Origin: an uncultured Chloroflexia bacterium
Lineage (GTDB): Bacteria; Chloroflexota; Dehalococcoidia; DSTF01; JALHUB01
Assembly: GCA_963726245.1 (NCBI GenBank)
Contig: CAVSBT010000025.1
Span: forward strand, 71,076-135,075
Direction: 5' to 3'
Length of the DNA stretch: 64,000 nt
A program made the translations under genes and the position numbers. Below the pieces are notes generated by a model. The model worked only from the letters and a program-made list of their open reading frames with translations. It searched no databases and was not told where the DNA came from. Below, piece by piece: positions 1 through 9,928 of this stretch (the first letter of the stretch is position 1; every line of letters begins with the position of its first letter).

Positions 1-305
1 AGGTCTGAGATGCGCCGTATCTCCTCCAGGCGGTCCAGGTCGCCCTTCTCGCGCAGGGTTTGCTCCAGCTCCAGAGAGCGGTCGAAGTGGTCCTCGACGG
101 CGCGTTTGCCGGAGGCGGTGACGATGATCACCTGCTTGAGGCCGGAGGCGGCTGCTTCTTCAACCGTGTACTGGATGATGGGCTTGTCCACCAGAGGCAG
201 CGCCTCTTTGGGTTGTGCCTTGGTGGCGGGCAGGAGACGGGTGCCGTAGCCGGCGGCGAGGACCACCGCCTTGCGGACCTGTTGACGGCGGGGGTTTGGG
301 GGCAA
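1..305 (-). CDS. galU: UTP-glucose-1-phosphate uridylyltransferase, N-terminal part (runs off the window)
   Basis: Not in the ORF track. Manual minus-strand translation from TTG at 305 (RBS AGGAGA at 310-315) gives [55 protein letters not shown]...KRAVEDHFD, the GalU signature. Confidence 0.93.
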   Translation of the reverse strand, partial: MPPNPRRQQVRKAVVLAAGYGTRLLPATKAQPKEALPLVDKPIIQYTVEEAAASGLKQVIIVTASGKRAVEDHFDRSLELEQTLREKGDLDRLEEIRRISD

Positions 306-427
306 CGCTTCTCCTAACTGAACCTGCAAGAACGGCGTTCTGAGTCGATGTCGCCGCTCATTCTACATCAGCCTCTTCGGAGCCAGCAAGAAAGCAGTGG
401 CGATCGCTAGCCGCAGCCAAACGGCTC

Positions 428-457
428 TTGACAGAGGTATGTCGCTATGTATAGCAT
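428..457 (+). promoter_or_regulatory. sigma70-type promoter of the SRP RNA
   Basis: TTGACA (428-433), 18 nt, TAGCAT (452-457), about 7 nt before the RNA 5' helix. Confidence 0.7.
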
Positions 458-464
458 GTCCGGC

Positions 465-732
465 GGTCGTGCTAGACGGGGAGCTAGCGGTGCCCTGAAC
501 CCGCAATCCGCTACAGCGGGGTCGAACTCCCGCTCGAGGCCTAGGCACCCGGGGACTGGCACCGATGGCCGGCGTTGAAGGCCTGGTCCTGCGCGACGAA
601 GCTCTACGAACCCCGTCAGGTCCGGAAGGAAGCAGCGGTAAGTAGCCGTCTTCGGGCGCCGCGGGGCTACCGGACCAGAGCCGGTCGACGGAGGCCAAGC
701 CCGGATTCCGGGTCGACGGCGGGTGCACGACC
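465..732 (+). ncRNA. ffs: Signal recognition particle RNA, large (Bacillus-type, Alu-domain) form
   Basis: Helix-8 motif CCGTCAGGTCCGGAAGGAAGCAGCGG (612-637); 5' Alu-like segment GTGCTAGACGGGGAGCTAGCGGTGCCCTG...GCAATCCGCT; terminal pairing GGTCGTGC (465-472) / GCACGACC (725-732). Confidence 0.95.
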
Positions 733-760
733 ACTGATCTAGTGTATACTCAAGTTACTG

Positions 761-2302
761 TTGCCCGCCCAGAAGGGAGGCTGTTTGCGAGAAGCCCCAA
801 AGGGGGCGCGAAAAGGCCGCGAAGCGCTGGCTAAAGGCCATGTCCGGAAGTCTGCGGTAGCACTCATCTCTAGTCATCTTACTCATCACCGCTTTCGGAA
901 CCACGCCGGCGTCCTCGCTGCCCTCGCGCTCATCAGTGTTCTCACGTTCTTGCTCTTCCCTCTTCGCCACGTCCGCGTAGAGTCTGACGGCTCTGAGAGG
1001 ACGATGGTCAGCCGTCAGGGGGGCACCGACGCCCTTCTGCGGCAGGCCGGCGTGCAACTTCAGGCGGGCGACCGCGTGGCGCGGCAAGACAGCGCCTCGG
1101 ACAGTACAGCCCTCTCCGTGCAGCGGGCCGTGCCTGTCGTGCTGGAGGCGGATGGTCGAGTGCTCACCTGGCACACACGCGCCCACACCGTTGCCGGCGC
1201 TCTTAGTGAAGCCGGCGTGACCCTGGGCCCCTTCGACAGCGTTCTCCGCAACGGTCTGCGAGCAAACGATAACGAAAAGTTGGACATGCCTGCCCTGCTC
1301 GTCGCGGCCCAGGCGTTCGGGCTGCGGGTGGCCGAAGGCGCCGCCCCCGTCTCCGTCTCTCCTAACCAGGTTAGCCTAACGGTCCGCCGTGCCGTCCCCT
1401 TCACCGTCGTAGAAGGCGACCAGCCCAAATCGCTGCTTTCGAGTGAGCCCACGCTTGACCAGGCACTGCGGGAGTGGGACATCCGCCTGGGACCGGGAGA
1501 TGAGGTGGAGCCGGCGGTTGGTTCCGCCCTGACACCTGGGCTCCAGGTCGTCATCCGGCGCGCGCTGCGAGTCACCCTCTCCGTCGGCGGGACAGACACC
1601 GTTATCTACACTCAGGCGCACACGGTAGCTGGGCTGCTTGAGAAGGCGGGGGTAGTCCTTGGGGAAACGGATCGTGTGGAGCCGTCCTCCGAAACGGCCC
1701 TTTCTCCAGACCTCGGGGTGCGGGTCTACTCCTACGCCGAGGACCGCCTCGCAGAGTCGGAAACGGTCGACCACGGCACCGTCTACCGTCTGGACCCTGA
1801 GCTGTCGGAAGGGGAAACGCGGCGCGTCGTCGGCGCGGATGGCGTCCACCACCGCGAATATGCCGTCGCCTATGAGGATGGAGTCGAGGTCTCCCGGCAA
1901 CTAGTCAGAGAGTGGGACGACCCAGAGGCCGTCGACACGATTGTCTACTTCGGGAGCCCGGAACACGTGCAGGCCGCCCAGACCCTGCCCGATGGCCTGA
2001 ACGTGGTGCGAGTGATGAGCGTCTACGCCACCTGGTATTGCCCGGCCAGCGCCGGGCGCGACGACAGCGACCCCAGCTACGGCATCACCAGCACCGGAGT
2101 GTCGGTCAGCAAGGGCATTGTGGCCGTCGATCCGAGCGTGATACCATACGGCACGCGGATGTACATCCCAGGTTACGGCTATGGTGAGGCCGCCGACACC
2201 GGCGGCGCCATCGTCGGCAACATCATCGATCTGGGATATCCGGACGGGATAAGCCCCGGCTGGCAGCCGCGCTGGCTTGACATCTACATCCTCGGCCCCT
2301 AG
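761..2302 (+). CDS. YabE/RpfB-like cell-wall protein: TM anchor, several DUF348 (ubiquitin-like) repeats, G5 domain, C-terminal 3D domain
   Basis: Repeated T.A.TVAG.L..AGV.LG..D.V.P units; 3D motif VAVDPSVIPYGTRMYIPGYG...AADTGGAI.GN.IDL; conserved position upstream of rsmA. Start codon uncertain. Confidence 0.85.
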   Translation: MPAQKGGCLREAPKGARKGREALAKGHVRKSAVALISSHLTHHRFRNHAGVLAALALISVLTFLLFPLRHVRVESDGSERTMVSRQGGTDALLRQAGVQLQAGDRVARQDSASDSTALSVQRAVPVVLEADGRVLTWHTRAHTVAGALSEAGVTLGPFDSVLRNGLRANDNEKLDMPALLVAAQAFGLRVAEGAAPVSVSPNQVSLTVRRAVPFTVVEGDQPKSLLSSEPTLDQALREWDIRLGPGDEVEPAVGSALTPGLQVVIRRALRVTLSVGGTDTVIYTQAHTVAGLLEKAGVVLGETDRVEPSSETALSPDLGVRVYSYAEDRLAESETVDHGTVYRLDPELSEGETRRVVGADGVHHREYAVAYEDGVEVSRQLVREWDDPEAVDTIVYFGSPEHVQAAQTLPDGLNVVRVMSVYATWYCPASAGRDDSDPSYGITSTGVSVSKGIVAVDPSVIPYGTRMYIPGYGYGEAADTGGAIVGNIIDLGYPDGISPGWQPRWLDIYILGP

Positions 2303-2372
2303 TTCCAGCGGACAGCCTCGTAACCGGACCCGCGCGTCTCGGTCCGCCAGGGCGGACGGCCGGCGCGACCAG

Positions 2373-3227
2373 GTGACCCGGCGCAAGAGACGGCGCCCAC
2401 CACCACCTCCGGAACTGCGCGATGCGGGCCTGCGGGCGCGCAAGAGCCTCGCCCAGCACTTCTTGGTCGACCAGCGCGTCCTGTCAGGCATCGTGGCTGC
2501 CGCCGACGTGTCGCCAACGGAGACGATCGTCGAGATCGGGGCCGGACTGGGCGTTCTTACCCGCGAGCTGGCGGCCAGAGCCCGCGCTGTGGTGGCGGTG
2601 GAGGTGGACGAGAAGCTCTGCCTTCACCTGCGGCAGAGCCTTCAGGCCTACCCGAACGTCGCCGTCGTCTGCGCCGACGTCCTCAGCCTGAGCCCGGCCC
2701 GCCTTCTGGACGAGGCGGGAGCTCACGCCCCCTACGCGGTTGTCGCCAACCTGCCGTACTACATTGCGGCGCCTGTGCTGCGCCACTTCCTGGAGGGCGA
2801 CCCGCCCCCGACGCGCCTGGTCGTGATGCTGCAGAGGGAGGTGGCAGAGAGCATAGCCGCCGGCCCGGGAAGAATGAGCCTGCTGGGAGTGGCCGTGCAG
2901 TTCTACGGGCGGCCCCACCTTCTCTTCGGTGTGCCACCACAGGCCTTCTATCCGCCGCCCAAGGTGCGGTCGGCCGTCCTGCGTATAGATGTGGCCGATG
3001 GTCCAAGGGTCGAGGTGCCCGACACGCCCGCCTTCTTCGAGGTGGTGCGAGCCGGCTTCAGCGCGCCGCGCAAGCAGTTGCGCAACTCCCTGGCCCAGGG
3101 CTTGGGCCTACCGCCTGCCGAGGCGGAGGCTCTCTTGGCCGCCGCCGGCATCGACGTGCGCCGGCGTCCGCAGGAGCTCTCCATCGAGGAGTGGGCTGCC
3201 CTCTGCCGGGCCCGACTTGCAGGCTGA
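2373..3227 (+). CDS. rsmA: 16S rRNA (adenine1518/1519-N6)-dimethyltransferase
   Basis: KSLAQHFL, VEIGAGLGVLT, VANLPYYI, MLQREVA and FYPPPKVRSA motifs; GTG at 2373 preferred over the ORF-track start 2277. Confidence 0.95.
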   Translation: MTRRKRRRPPPPPELRDAGLRARKSLAQHFLVDQRVLSGIVAAADVSPTETIVEIGAGLGVLTRELAARARAVVAVEVDEKLCLHLRQSLQAYPNVAVVCADVLSLSPARLLDEAGAHAPYAVVANLPYYIAAPVLRHFLEGDPPPTRLVVMLQREVAESIAAGPGRMSLLGVAVQFYGRPHLLFGVPPQAFYPPPKVRSAVLRIDVADGPRVEVPDTPAFFEVVRAGFSAPRKQLRNSLAQGLGLPPAEAEALLAAAGIDVRRRPQELSIEEWAALCRARLAG

Positions 3228-3239
3228 GGGAGGCCGGGC

Positions 3240-4142
3240 GTGAGGTTGAGCACCCTCGCGCCGGCCAAGATCAACTGGACCCTGGAGGTCCTGGGTCGCC
3301 GCCCCGACGGCTACCACGAGGTCCGGACGGTGTTTCAGACCGTCGACCTCTGCGACCGGGTGAGGGTTTCGCCCGCCGCGGACCTGGAGCTGGTGCTGAC
3401 CGGTCCTAGTAGGCAGGTGCCCCCGCCTGAGGTGCCTTCGACCGAGAACCTGGCCTACCGGGCGGCGGCGCTGCTTCGGGATCGGGCAGGCGGTCAGGCC
3501 TTGGGCGCTCGCATCGAGCTCGAGAAGGCGATACCCGTCGGCGCGGGCCTGGGCGGTGGCAGCAGCGATGCAGCGGCCACATTGCGAGCGCTCGACCGCC
3601 TATGGGGGCTGGGCCTGCCACCGGACGAGCTGGCCCGCTTGGGCGCTCAACTGGGGGCCGACGTGCCCTTCTTCGTCTTCGGGGGGACGGCCCTGGGCCG
3701 CGGCCGCGGCGACGAGGTGACGCCGCTGCCGGACGTGCCGTCGAAGCGCCTACTGCTAGTCGTTCCCAGGGGTCGCCTGGAGGGGAAGACGGCCGCGATG
3801 TACGCCCGCCTGCGCGCGGAGCACTTCAGCGGCGGCGAGGCCAGCGAGCGGCTGGCCGCGGCCATCAGAGCGGGCGTGCCCCCCGGCGACGATGACGTCG
3901 TCAATACCTTCGAGGCCATTGCGGGCGAGGTGCTGCCGGAGGCGGCCGCCGCCGCGGACCTGTGCCGGAGCCTCGGGCTGAGGCCGCACCTGGCGGGCAG
4001 CGGCCCCGCCCAGTTCGTCCTCCTGCCGCCCGACGCCGAGAGCGCGTCCTTGCGGGAGGTGCTGTCCGCCGCCGGCCTGGACGTGTTCGAGGCCGCGACT
4101 ATGACGGCCTCGGTGGCCACGGCCGTGGTGGAGGAGCTGTGA
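3240..4142 (+). CDS. ispE: 4-diphosphocytidyl-2-C-methyl-D-erythritol kinase
   Basis: APAKINWTLEVLGRRPDGYHE; GHMP motif IPVGAGLGGGSSDAA; LGADVPFF. Confidence 0.95.
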   Translation: MRLSTLAPAKINWTLEVLGRRPDGYHEVRTVFQTVDLCDRVRVSPAADLELVLTGPSRQVPPPEVPSTENLAYRAAALLRDRAGGQALGARIELEKAIPVGAGLGGGSSDAAATLRALDRLWGLGLPPDELARLGAQLGADVPFFVFGGTALGRGRGDEVTPLPDVPSKRLLLVVPRGRLEGKTAAMYARLRAEHFSGGEASERLAAAIRAGVPPGDDDVVNTFEAIAGEVLPEAAAAADLCRSLGLRPHLAGSGPAQFVLLPPDAESASLREVLSAAGLDVFEAATMTASVATAVVEEL

Positions 4143-4146
4143 TCCG

Positions 4147-4581
4147 ATGAGCGAGGTCTTCGCCGGCTTCATCTGTGGCTATGTACTGGCGCTGGTATCG
4201 GCGCCGCTTGCCGCCATCCTCTTGGTGCGCGCGCGTCCGCGAGCGCCGGTTGTGGCGCGCGCCGTCCCGGAGCAGACGCCCGTCGTGGCTCTGATCGTGG
4301 TCCTGTTCTGGTTCGCTTTCCTCCTCTGCACGGCGCTGGGCATGATCCTCGGACTGATCCTGATGGGCTTCGAGGACCGGGCACCCGAGGGCGGCCTGGG
4401 CAGCCCCAGCCTCGCCTTCACTCTCTTCATCATCTTCTGGTCGGCGGTGGCCTTCACGCCCCTGGCGGTGCTGCTGAGACCAGCACGGCGCCACGTGATC
4501 GTCGCGGCGGTCGTGTTCCTGGGCGTCTTCGGCTGGCTGATGCCCTACCTGGCGCAGTGGAGCCCCATCGGCTCATCCTAG
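4147..4581 (+). CDS. Hypothetical membrane protein (about 4 TM helices)
   Basis: Four hydrophobic segments; directly follows ispE on the same strand. Confidence 0.7.
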   Translation: MSEVFAGFICGYVLALVSAPLAAILLVRARPRAPVVARAVPEQTPVVALIVVLFWFAFLLCTALGMILGLILMGFEDRAPEGGLGSPSLAFTLFIIFWSAVAFTPLAVLLRPARRHVIVAAVVFLGVFGWLMPYLAQWSPIGSS

Positions 4582-4660
4582 GCAGCGCGTGCTATACTGA
4601 CTGGACTCCAGCCCTGTCTTGCCGGCAGGCGCACCAGAGAGAAAGTCCCCCTGCCAACCC

Positions 4661-5401
4661 ATGGGCGCCATCATAGACATGCACCTGCACACCATCAGGG
4701 GCGCCTCGGACAGCAACCTGCGGCCCGAGGAGCTTGCCGCAGAGGCGCTGCGCCTGGGGCTAACCGGCGTCCACCTCAGCGAGCACGACCGCCTCTGGGA
4801 CGCCTCCGAACTGGAGCGCTACCGCCGGAAGCACGGCTTCTTCGTCGCCAACGGGATGGAGGTGTCGACGGACCTGGGCCACATCCTCACGCTGGGGTTG
4901 GACCGCTACGTGCCGGGCATCCGCCGCGCCGACGAGCTGCGGCGCGTGGTACGGGAGGCCGGCGGCTACATGATCGTGGCTCATCCCTTCCGGCACTTCT
5001 TCGACCCCGCTCACCACCGGCGAATGGGAGGCGAGCCGTTCAACCTGACCCCTGAGCAGGCGGCAGAGCTGCCTGTCTTCGGGCTGGTGGACGCGGTGGA
5101 GGCGCTCAACGGCTGCAACAACCTCGAGGAGAACCTCTTCGCCCTTCGGGTGGCGCAGGTGCTGGGGAAGCCGGTCACCGGCGGCAGCGACGCCCACTCG
5201 AACCAGGGCATCGGCATCTACGTCACCGTCTTCGAGCGCGACGTCGAGTCGGAGAAGGAGATGCTGGAGGAGTTGCACGCCGGCCGCTTCCACGCCGCCT
5301 ACGGCCTCCGTCGGGGCGTCCTCACCCTCTTCAGCGAGGAGTCGGCCGCCCGGCTGCCGGAGGTGGAGGCGGCGGGCATCCCCCTAGAAGGAATGTGCTA
5401 G
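4661..5401 (+). CDS. PHP-domain metal-dependent phosphoesterase
   Basis: DMHLHT, SEHD, GMEVST, AHPFR, VEALNG and GGSDAH motifs; TGCTATACT extended -10 at about 4590-4598. Confidence 0.88.
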   Translation: MGAIIDMHLHTIRGASDSNLRPEELAAEALRLGLTGVHLSEHDRLWDASELERYRRKHGFFVANGMEVSTDLGHILTLGLDRYVPGIRRADELRRVVREAGGYMIVAHPFRHFFDPAHHRRMGGEPFNLTPEQAAELPVFGLVDAVEALNGCNNLEENLFALRVAQVLGKPVTGGSDAHSNQGIGIYVTVFERDVESEKEMLEELHAGRFHAAYGLRRGVLTLFSEESAARLPEVEAAGIPLEGMC

Positions 5402-5443
5402 AATGAGGGCGCATCTGCTTCGCCGGCGTGCGCGAGGGAACCC

Positions 5444-8359
5444 GTGAGCAGCACCTTCGTGGCCCTGGACCTGGAGACCACGGGCCTGGACCCCGAGAAG
5501 GACGAGATCACTGAGGTGGCGGCCATCAGGTTCGAGGATGGCCGCCCTGGTGAGGTCTTCCACACCCTCGTAAACCCCCACCGCGAGCTGCCGTATCGCA
5601 TCCAGCTTATGACCGGCCTTTCGGGCCCCGAGCTGCGGCGGGCGCCCTCCTTCGCCGAGGTTGCGTCGGACCTGGAGCGCTTCCTCGGCCTGCACCCCGT
5701 GGTGGGGCAGAACGTGGCCTTCGACCTCTCATTTCTGTCGCGCTGGGGCGTGCGGCCCGCGGGCCCGCCCTTCGACACCTGGGACCTGGCCCGCCTCCTC
5801 CTGTTCGACCTCTCCGACTACAGCCTGCGCTCGCTCGCCCATCACCTGGGGGTGGAGCATACGACGCAGCACCGTGCCACAGCCGACGCCGAGGCTGCCG
5901 GTCGCGTCTTCGTCGCCCTCCGCGGGAGGCTGGCCCTCACGCCTCCCGCCGTCCTGGCCGAGCTGGAGCGCCTGGCCGAACTGGCCGAGTGGCCCCTGCG
6001 CCACCTCTTCCACGAGCTGCTGGCGGAAGCCACGGCGGACGCGGAGGGACGTGGCGCTCAGCCCGCAATCGGCGTGGGCGGCCTGGAGGAGTCCGCGCTG
6101 GTGGTGGCGAAGGCTCGGCGGGAGCCGGGCGCCTCCCTGGGCGCCCTCGGCGAGGGGCGGGCGGTGCGCCCTGAGGAAGTCGAAACGCTACTCGAGGGGC
6201 TGGCTGCCCGTCCGGAGGCGCTACCCGACTTCGAGAGGCGGCCGGAGCAGGCGGCGATGGCCCGCGCCGTGGCCGCGGCCCTCAGCGGCGGCGAGCACCT
6301 TGTCGTCGAGGCGGGCACAGGCGTGGGCAAGTCGCTGGCCTACCTGCTGCCCTCGGCCTGCTTCGCGCTGCTCAACCGCACCCGCGTCGTCGTCTCCACC
6401 AACACCATCAGCCTCCAGGAGCAGCTTCTGGGACAGGACATCCCCATCGTGCGGCGGGCCCTGGAGGGCTGGGGGCCTCGCGGCCTGGGCGATAACCTGC
6501 GGGTGGCCCAGCTCAAGGGCCGGCGGAACTACCTCTGCCTCCTGCGTTGGGCGGGCCAGCGGCGGGCGGCCGCGCTCCCGCCGGCGGAGGCGAAGCTCAT
6601 GGCCCGCCTCCTTCTCTGGCTGCCCCACACTGAGACCGGCGACCGCGCCGAGCTCAACCTGACGCCGGAGGAGGAGACAGTCTGGAGCCGTCTGAGCGCT
6701 CAGAACGAGGCCTGTCTCGCCTCGACGTGTCGCTACGTGCGGGAAGGGACCTGCTTCCTCGATCGGGCCCGTCGCCGCGCCGAGACGGCTCACATCCTCA
6801 TCGTCAACCACGCCCTGCTCCTGTCCGACCTGGCGGCCGGCGGCCAGGTGCTGCCATCCTACTCCTACCTGGTGATCGACGAGGCGCAGCACCTGGAGGA
6901 CGAGGCTACCCAGCAGTTCGGCTTCCAGACTTCGGAGCCGGACATCGTCTCCTTCTTGGACCGTGTGCAGCAGCGGGTCGGCCGCGACCGCGACGGCGGT
7001 CTCGCCGGCAACCTGCGTCAGGCCGCCCGCGGCGTCACCGCGCCGCTTGGGCGGGCCGCTATGAGCTCACTGGCGGCCTCCCTGGCGACGGCTGTGGAGC
7101 GCGTGCGCGGGCGCCTGCCGGAGCTCGTTGGGCTTCTGCCCGACTTCGTGCGCCACCACACATCTGAGGAGGGTGACTACGACCAGCGCCTCCTCCTCAG
7201 CCGGGCGATGCGGATCCAGCCCGACTGGTCGGTGGTGGAGGCGGCCTGGGAGAACCTGGACCTGGCCCTCCAGCAGGTCGAGGTCGCCCTGACGAACGTG
7301 CAGGAGGCTCTGGACGGGGGCGAGGCGCAGGGCCTCCTAGACTATGAGGCGCTGGCGGCGGAGACCGGAGACCTCCTCCAGGGCGTGCAGTTGCTGCGGG
7401 AGGGGATTGCCGGCGTCATCGCCCACGAGGACCCAGGCCGGATAGCCTGGCTCAGCCTCTCGCGCTGGAACAGCTCCGCACGGCCGGCGCGCGAATCTGG
7501 TCGGGGCGCGGGAGGACGCATCGGCCTGGCCTCGGCGCCGCTGCAGGTGGCCGAAGCCCTGCGCACGGGACTCTTCGATACCAAGGAGAACGTTGTCCTC
7601 ACCAGCGCAACGCTCAGTACCGAGGGGCACTTCCAGTACCTGCGGCAGCGGGTAGGGCCGGAGGAGTCGGAAGAGCTCCTGCTGGGCTCACCCTTCGACT
7701 ACGCCCGCTCTACCCTCGTGCTGGTGCCCCAGGACATGCCGGAGCCGGGGGAGAGAGGCTATCAGGCGGCGCTGGCGGAGGCGTTGCTGGACCTCTGCCG
7801 CGCCAGCGAAGGCCGGGCGCTGGTCCTCTTCACCTCATACGCCGCCCTGCGGGCCACCCACGCCGCCGTCAGAGCGCCCCTGGAGGAGGACGGCATCCTG
7901 GTGCTGGGCCACGGCATCGACGGGTCGCCGAAGCAGCTCCTCCGGACCCTGCGCGAGAACCCCCGCACAGTTCTCCTCGGCACCGCCAGCTTCTGGGAGG
8001 GCGTCGACGTGGTGGGCGAGGCCCTTTCCCTGCTGGTGATAGCGCGGCTGCCCTTCACGGTGCCCACGGACCCCGTCTTCGTGGCCCGCTCTGAGCTCTA
8101 CGACCAGCCCTTCAACCAGTACGCCCTGCCCCAGGCGGTGCTGCGCTTCAAGCAGGGCTTCGGGCGCCTCATCCGCCGCAAGACTGACCGGGGCGTTGTC
8201 GCCGTGCTCGACCGGCGGGTCAGGAGCAAGGGCTACGGCGGCGTCTTTCTGCGCTCGCTGCCGCCGTGCACGGTGCGAGAGGAGCCCCTGCGGAACCTGC
8301 CACGGGCCGTGGCCGGCTGGCTGGCGGCGCCTATCGAAGAGGCGGCGGGGGCACCATGA
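5444..8359 (+). CDS. dinG: DinG-family helicase with N-terminal DEDDh 3'-5' exonuclease
   Basis: VALDLETTG...HRATADA exonuclease; EAGTGVGKS, IDEAQH, LTSATL, SFWEGVD and QGFGRLIR helicase motifs. Confidence 0.93.
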   Translation: MSSTFVALDLETTGLDPEKDEITEVAAIRFEDGRPGEVFHTLVNPHRELPYRIQLMTGLSGPELRRAPSFAEVASDLERFLGLHPVVGQNVAFDLSFLSRWGVRPAGPPFDTWDLARLLLFDLSDYSLRSLAHHLGVEHTTQHRATADAEAAGRVFVALRGRLALTPPAVLAELERLAELAEWPLRHLFHELLAEATADAEGRGAQPAIGVGGLEESALVVAKARREPGASLGALGEGRAVRPEEVETLLEGLAARPEALPDFERRPEQAAMARAVAAALSGGEHLVVEAGTGVGKSLAYLLPSACFALLNRTRVVVSTNTISLQEQLLGQDIPIVRRALEGWGPRGLGDNLRVAQLKGRRNYLCLLRWAGQRRAAALPPAEAKLMARLLLWLPHTETGDRAELNLTPEEETVWSRLSAQNEACLASTCRYVREGTCFLDRARRRAETAHILIVNHALLLSDLAAGGQVLPSYSYLVIDEAQHLEDEATQQFGFQTSEPDIVSFLDRVQQRVGRDRDGGLAGNLRQAARGVTAPLGRAAMSSLAASLATAVERVRGRLPELVGLLPDFVRHHTSEEGDYDQRLLLSRAMRIQPDWSVVEAAWENLDLALQQVEVALTNVQEALDGGEAQGLLDYEALAAETGDLLQGVQLLREGIAGVIAHEDPGRIAWLSLSRWNSSARPARESGRGAGGRIGLASAPLQVAEALRTGLFDTKENVVLTSATLSTEGHFQYLRQRVGPEESEELLLGSPFDYARSTLVLVPQDMPEPGERGYQAALAEALLDLCRASEGRALVLFTSYAALRATHAAVRAPLEEDGILVLGHGIDGSPKQLLRTLRENPRTVLLGTASFWEGVDVVGEALSLLVIARLPFTVPTDPVFVARSELYDQPFNQYALPQAVLRFKQGFGRLIRRKTDRGVVAVLDRRVRSKGYGGVFLRSLPPCTVREEPLRNLPRAVAGWLAAPIEEAAGAP

Positions 8360-8401
8360 GCCAGGCTCGGCAAGCTGTGGCAACCAAACTGTAACGACAC
8401 A

Positions 8402-8499
8402 ACTGCTTCGTCATTGGTGGGAGAATGCTCGACCCCCGCCTGAAGGTGGGGGCATGGATTTGCCTCGCGATGCCTCAGCCTTCAGGCTGAGGTGATGTC
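8402..8499. mobile_element. 98-bp double-palindrome (REP-doublet / IS200-IS605-type miniature) element, copy 1
   Basis: Ungapped 81/98 match (counted by eye) to 57317-57414; hairpins CCCCCGCC-TGAA-GGTGGGGG and CCTCAGCC-TTCA-GGCTGAGG. Confidence 0.65.
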
Positions 8500-9800
8500 A
8501 TAAGGGCCCTCGCCTCATCTCGCCACCCCGGCCGCCATCCAGACCTCGGACCAGCGCCACCTCATCCGCGCGACTTTGGGCCTCGCCGTCCAGCCTGGCG
8601 GCGCGGAGGCGCGCCAGCATCTGGCCCATGGCGGGCCCGGGCGCCACGCCCAGCGCCAGGAGGTCCCGCCCGCGCAGCGAGGGCCGCCGATAGCGCCAGT
8701 GCTCAAGGTACTGCCACAGCCGCCTCTGCACGCTGCCTGAAGGCTCCAGCAGGGCGTGGGCGCACACGGCGGCGGCGCTGAAGGGCTCCAGGATAGCCAC
8801 CACCTGGCTCGGCCGCAGGCCTGGCGCCTCCAACTGCGACGCCTCCTCGCGCAGGCGGACGCCATCGCGCAGGGCGCGCTCCCAGGCGCCGTGCAGAGCG
8901 AGACGGAGGACCGCGCTCTCGACTTGGGCCGGCGTGGCGCCGGCGGCCAGCAGACAGAGGTACACCTCAGACAAAGGCGCGATGGGCCGGCCGCGCGCGG
9001 CGACGAAGGCAGCGGCCCGCCGCCGGTCGAAGGAGAGGGCAGGGTGAAGAGCAGCCAGCACGCCCAGTGCCTGAGCGCGGGCCAGGATGCGTTCCAGGCA
9101 GTCCTCGGCCAAGATCGCGAGCAGCTCGCGGCGCAGGCGGGCGCCGCTGATGGTGTCCAGATAGGAGAGGTCGCGGCACAGCAGGCGTTGCGTCCCGGGC
9201 TCGAGCCGGAAGCCAAGACGGCCCTCATAGCGCAGGCCGCGGAGGATGCGTGTCGCATCATCCTGGAAGCTGCGCTCGTGGAGCACGCTCAGGCGTCGAG
9301 CCGCAATGTCTCGCCGCCCGCCGTGGGGGTCCAGCAGTCGACCGGCCTGCCTCACCAGCGAGGCACAGGGCAAGGGCGTTGACCGTGAAGTCGCGGCGGG
9401 CCAGGTCCTGAGCGATGGCGGCGGGACGGACGGAGGGCAGGGCGCCCGGCCGCTCGTAGTGCTCGTCGCGGGTCCGAGCCAGGTCGAGGCTGATGTCCGG
9501 GCCGCCCGCCTGTCCGGCAGGCAGGCGCAGGCTGGCTGTCCCGAAGCGCTGGTGGACGGTTAGCCGCGCCCCGACGGCAACCGCCACCTCCTCCGCCAGC
9601 GAGGCGGCGTCTCCTTCCACCGCCAGGTCCACGTCCAGGTGAGGCCGCTCCAGCAGGAGATCGCGGACGCCGCCTCCCACAAGGTAGAGCGACAGGCCAC
9701 GCTGGCGCGCCACCTTGATAGTCTCGGCTACGGCGGATGCCATCGGCCCCGAAAGGCGCGAGAGGAGCTTCGCGACCAGCGTGGTTTCCTGTATGGACAT
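8498..9800 (-). CDS. cca: tRNA nucleotidyltransferase (CCA/A-adding class II), split by one frameshift near 9360
   Basis: ORF 9258-9800 carries VGGGVRDLLL..DVDL, ARTRDEHY..PGALP.V and DLARRDFTVNALA; ORF 8498-9373 continues with LLDPHGGRRD, LHERSFQDDATRILRGLRY and LRGRDLLALG. Confidence 0.88.
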
Positions 9801-9876
9801 GTCGAGCCAGATTGCCCGCGAGTGGAATTAAGCGGAGACCGGCGCTTAGATTGATGATCAAGCCGTTGGCGCCGCC

Positions 9877-9885
9877 ATTATAGCA
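9877..9885 (-). promoter_or_regulatory. Extended -10 promoter for cca
   Basis: Minus-strand TGCTATAAT about 75 nt upstream of the ATG. Confidence 0.6.
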
Positions 9886-9892
9886 TGTCTCC

Positions 9893-9922
9893 TTGACAAA
9901 CTCAGGGAGCCATTCCTATCAT
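9893..9922 (+). promoter_or_regulatory. sigma70-type promoter for the ncRNA/rnc leader
   Basis: TTGACA (9893-9898), 18 nt, TATCAT (9917-9922). Confidence 0.75.
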
Positions 9923-9928
9923 GGCCGT

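Noticed and set aside
10-734. ORF-track ORFs at 10-249, 60-317 and 363-734
   Set aside because: They overlap galU (minus strand) and the SRP RNA
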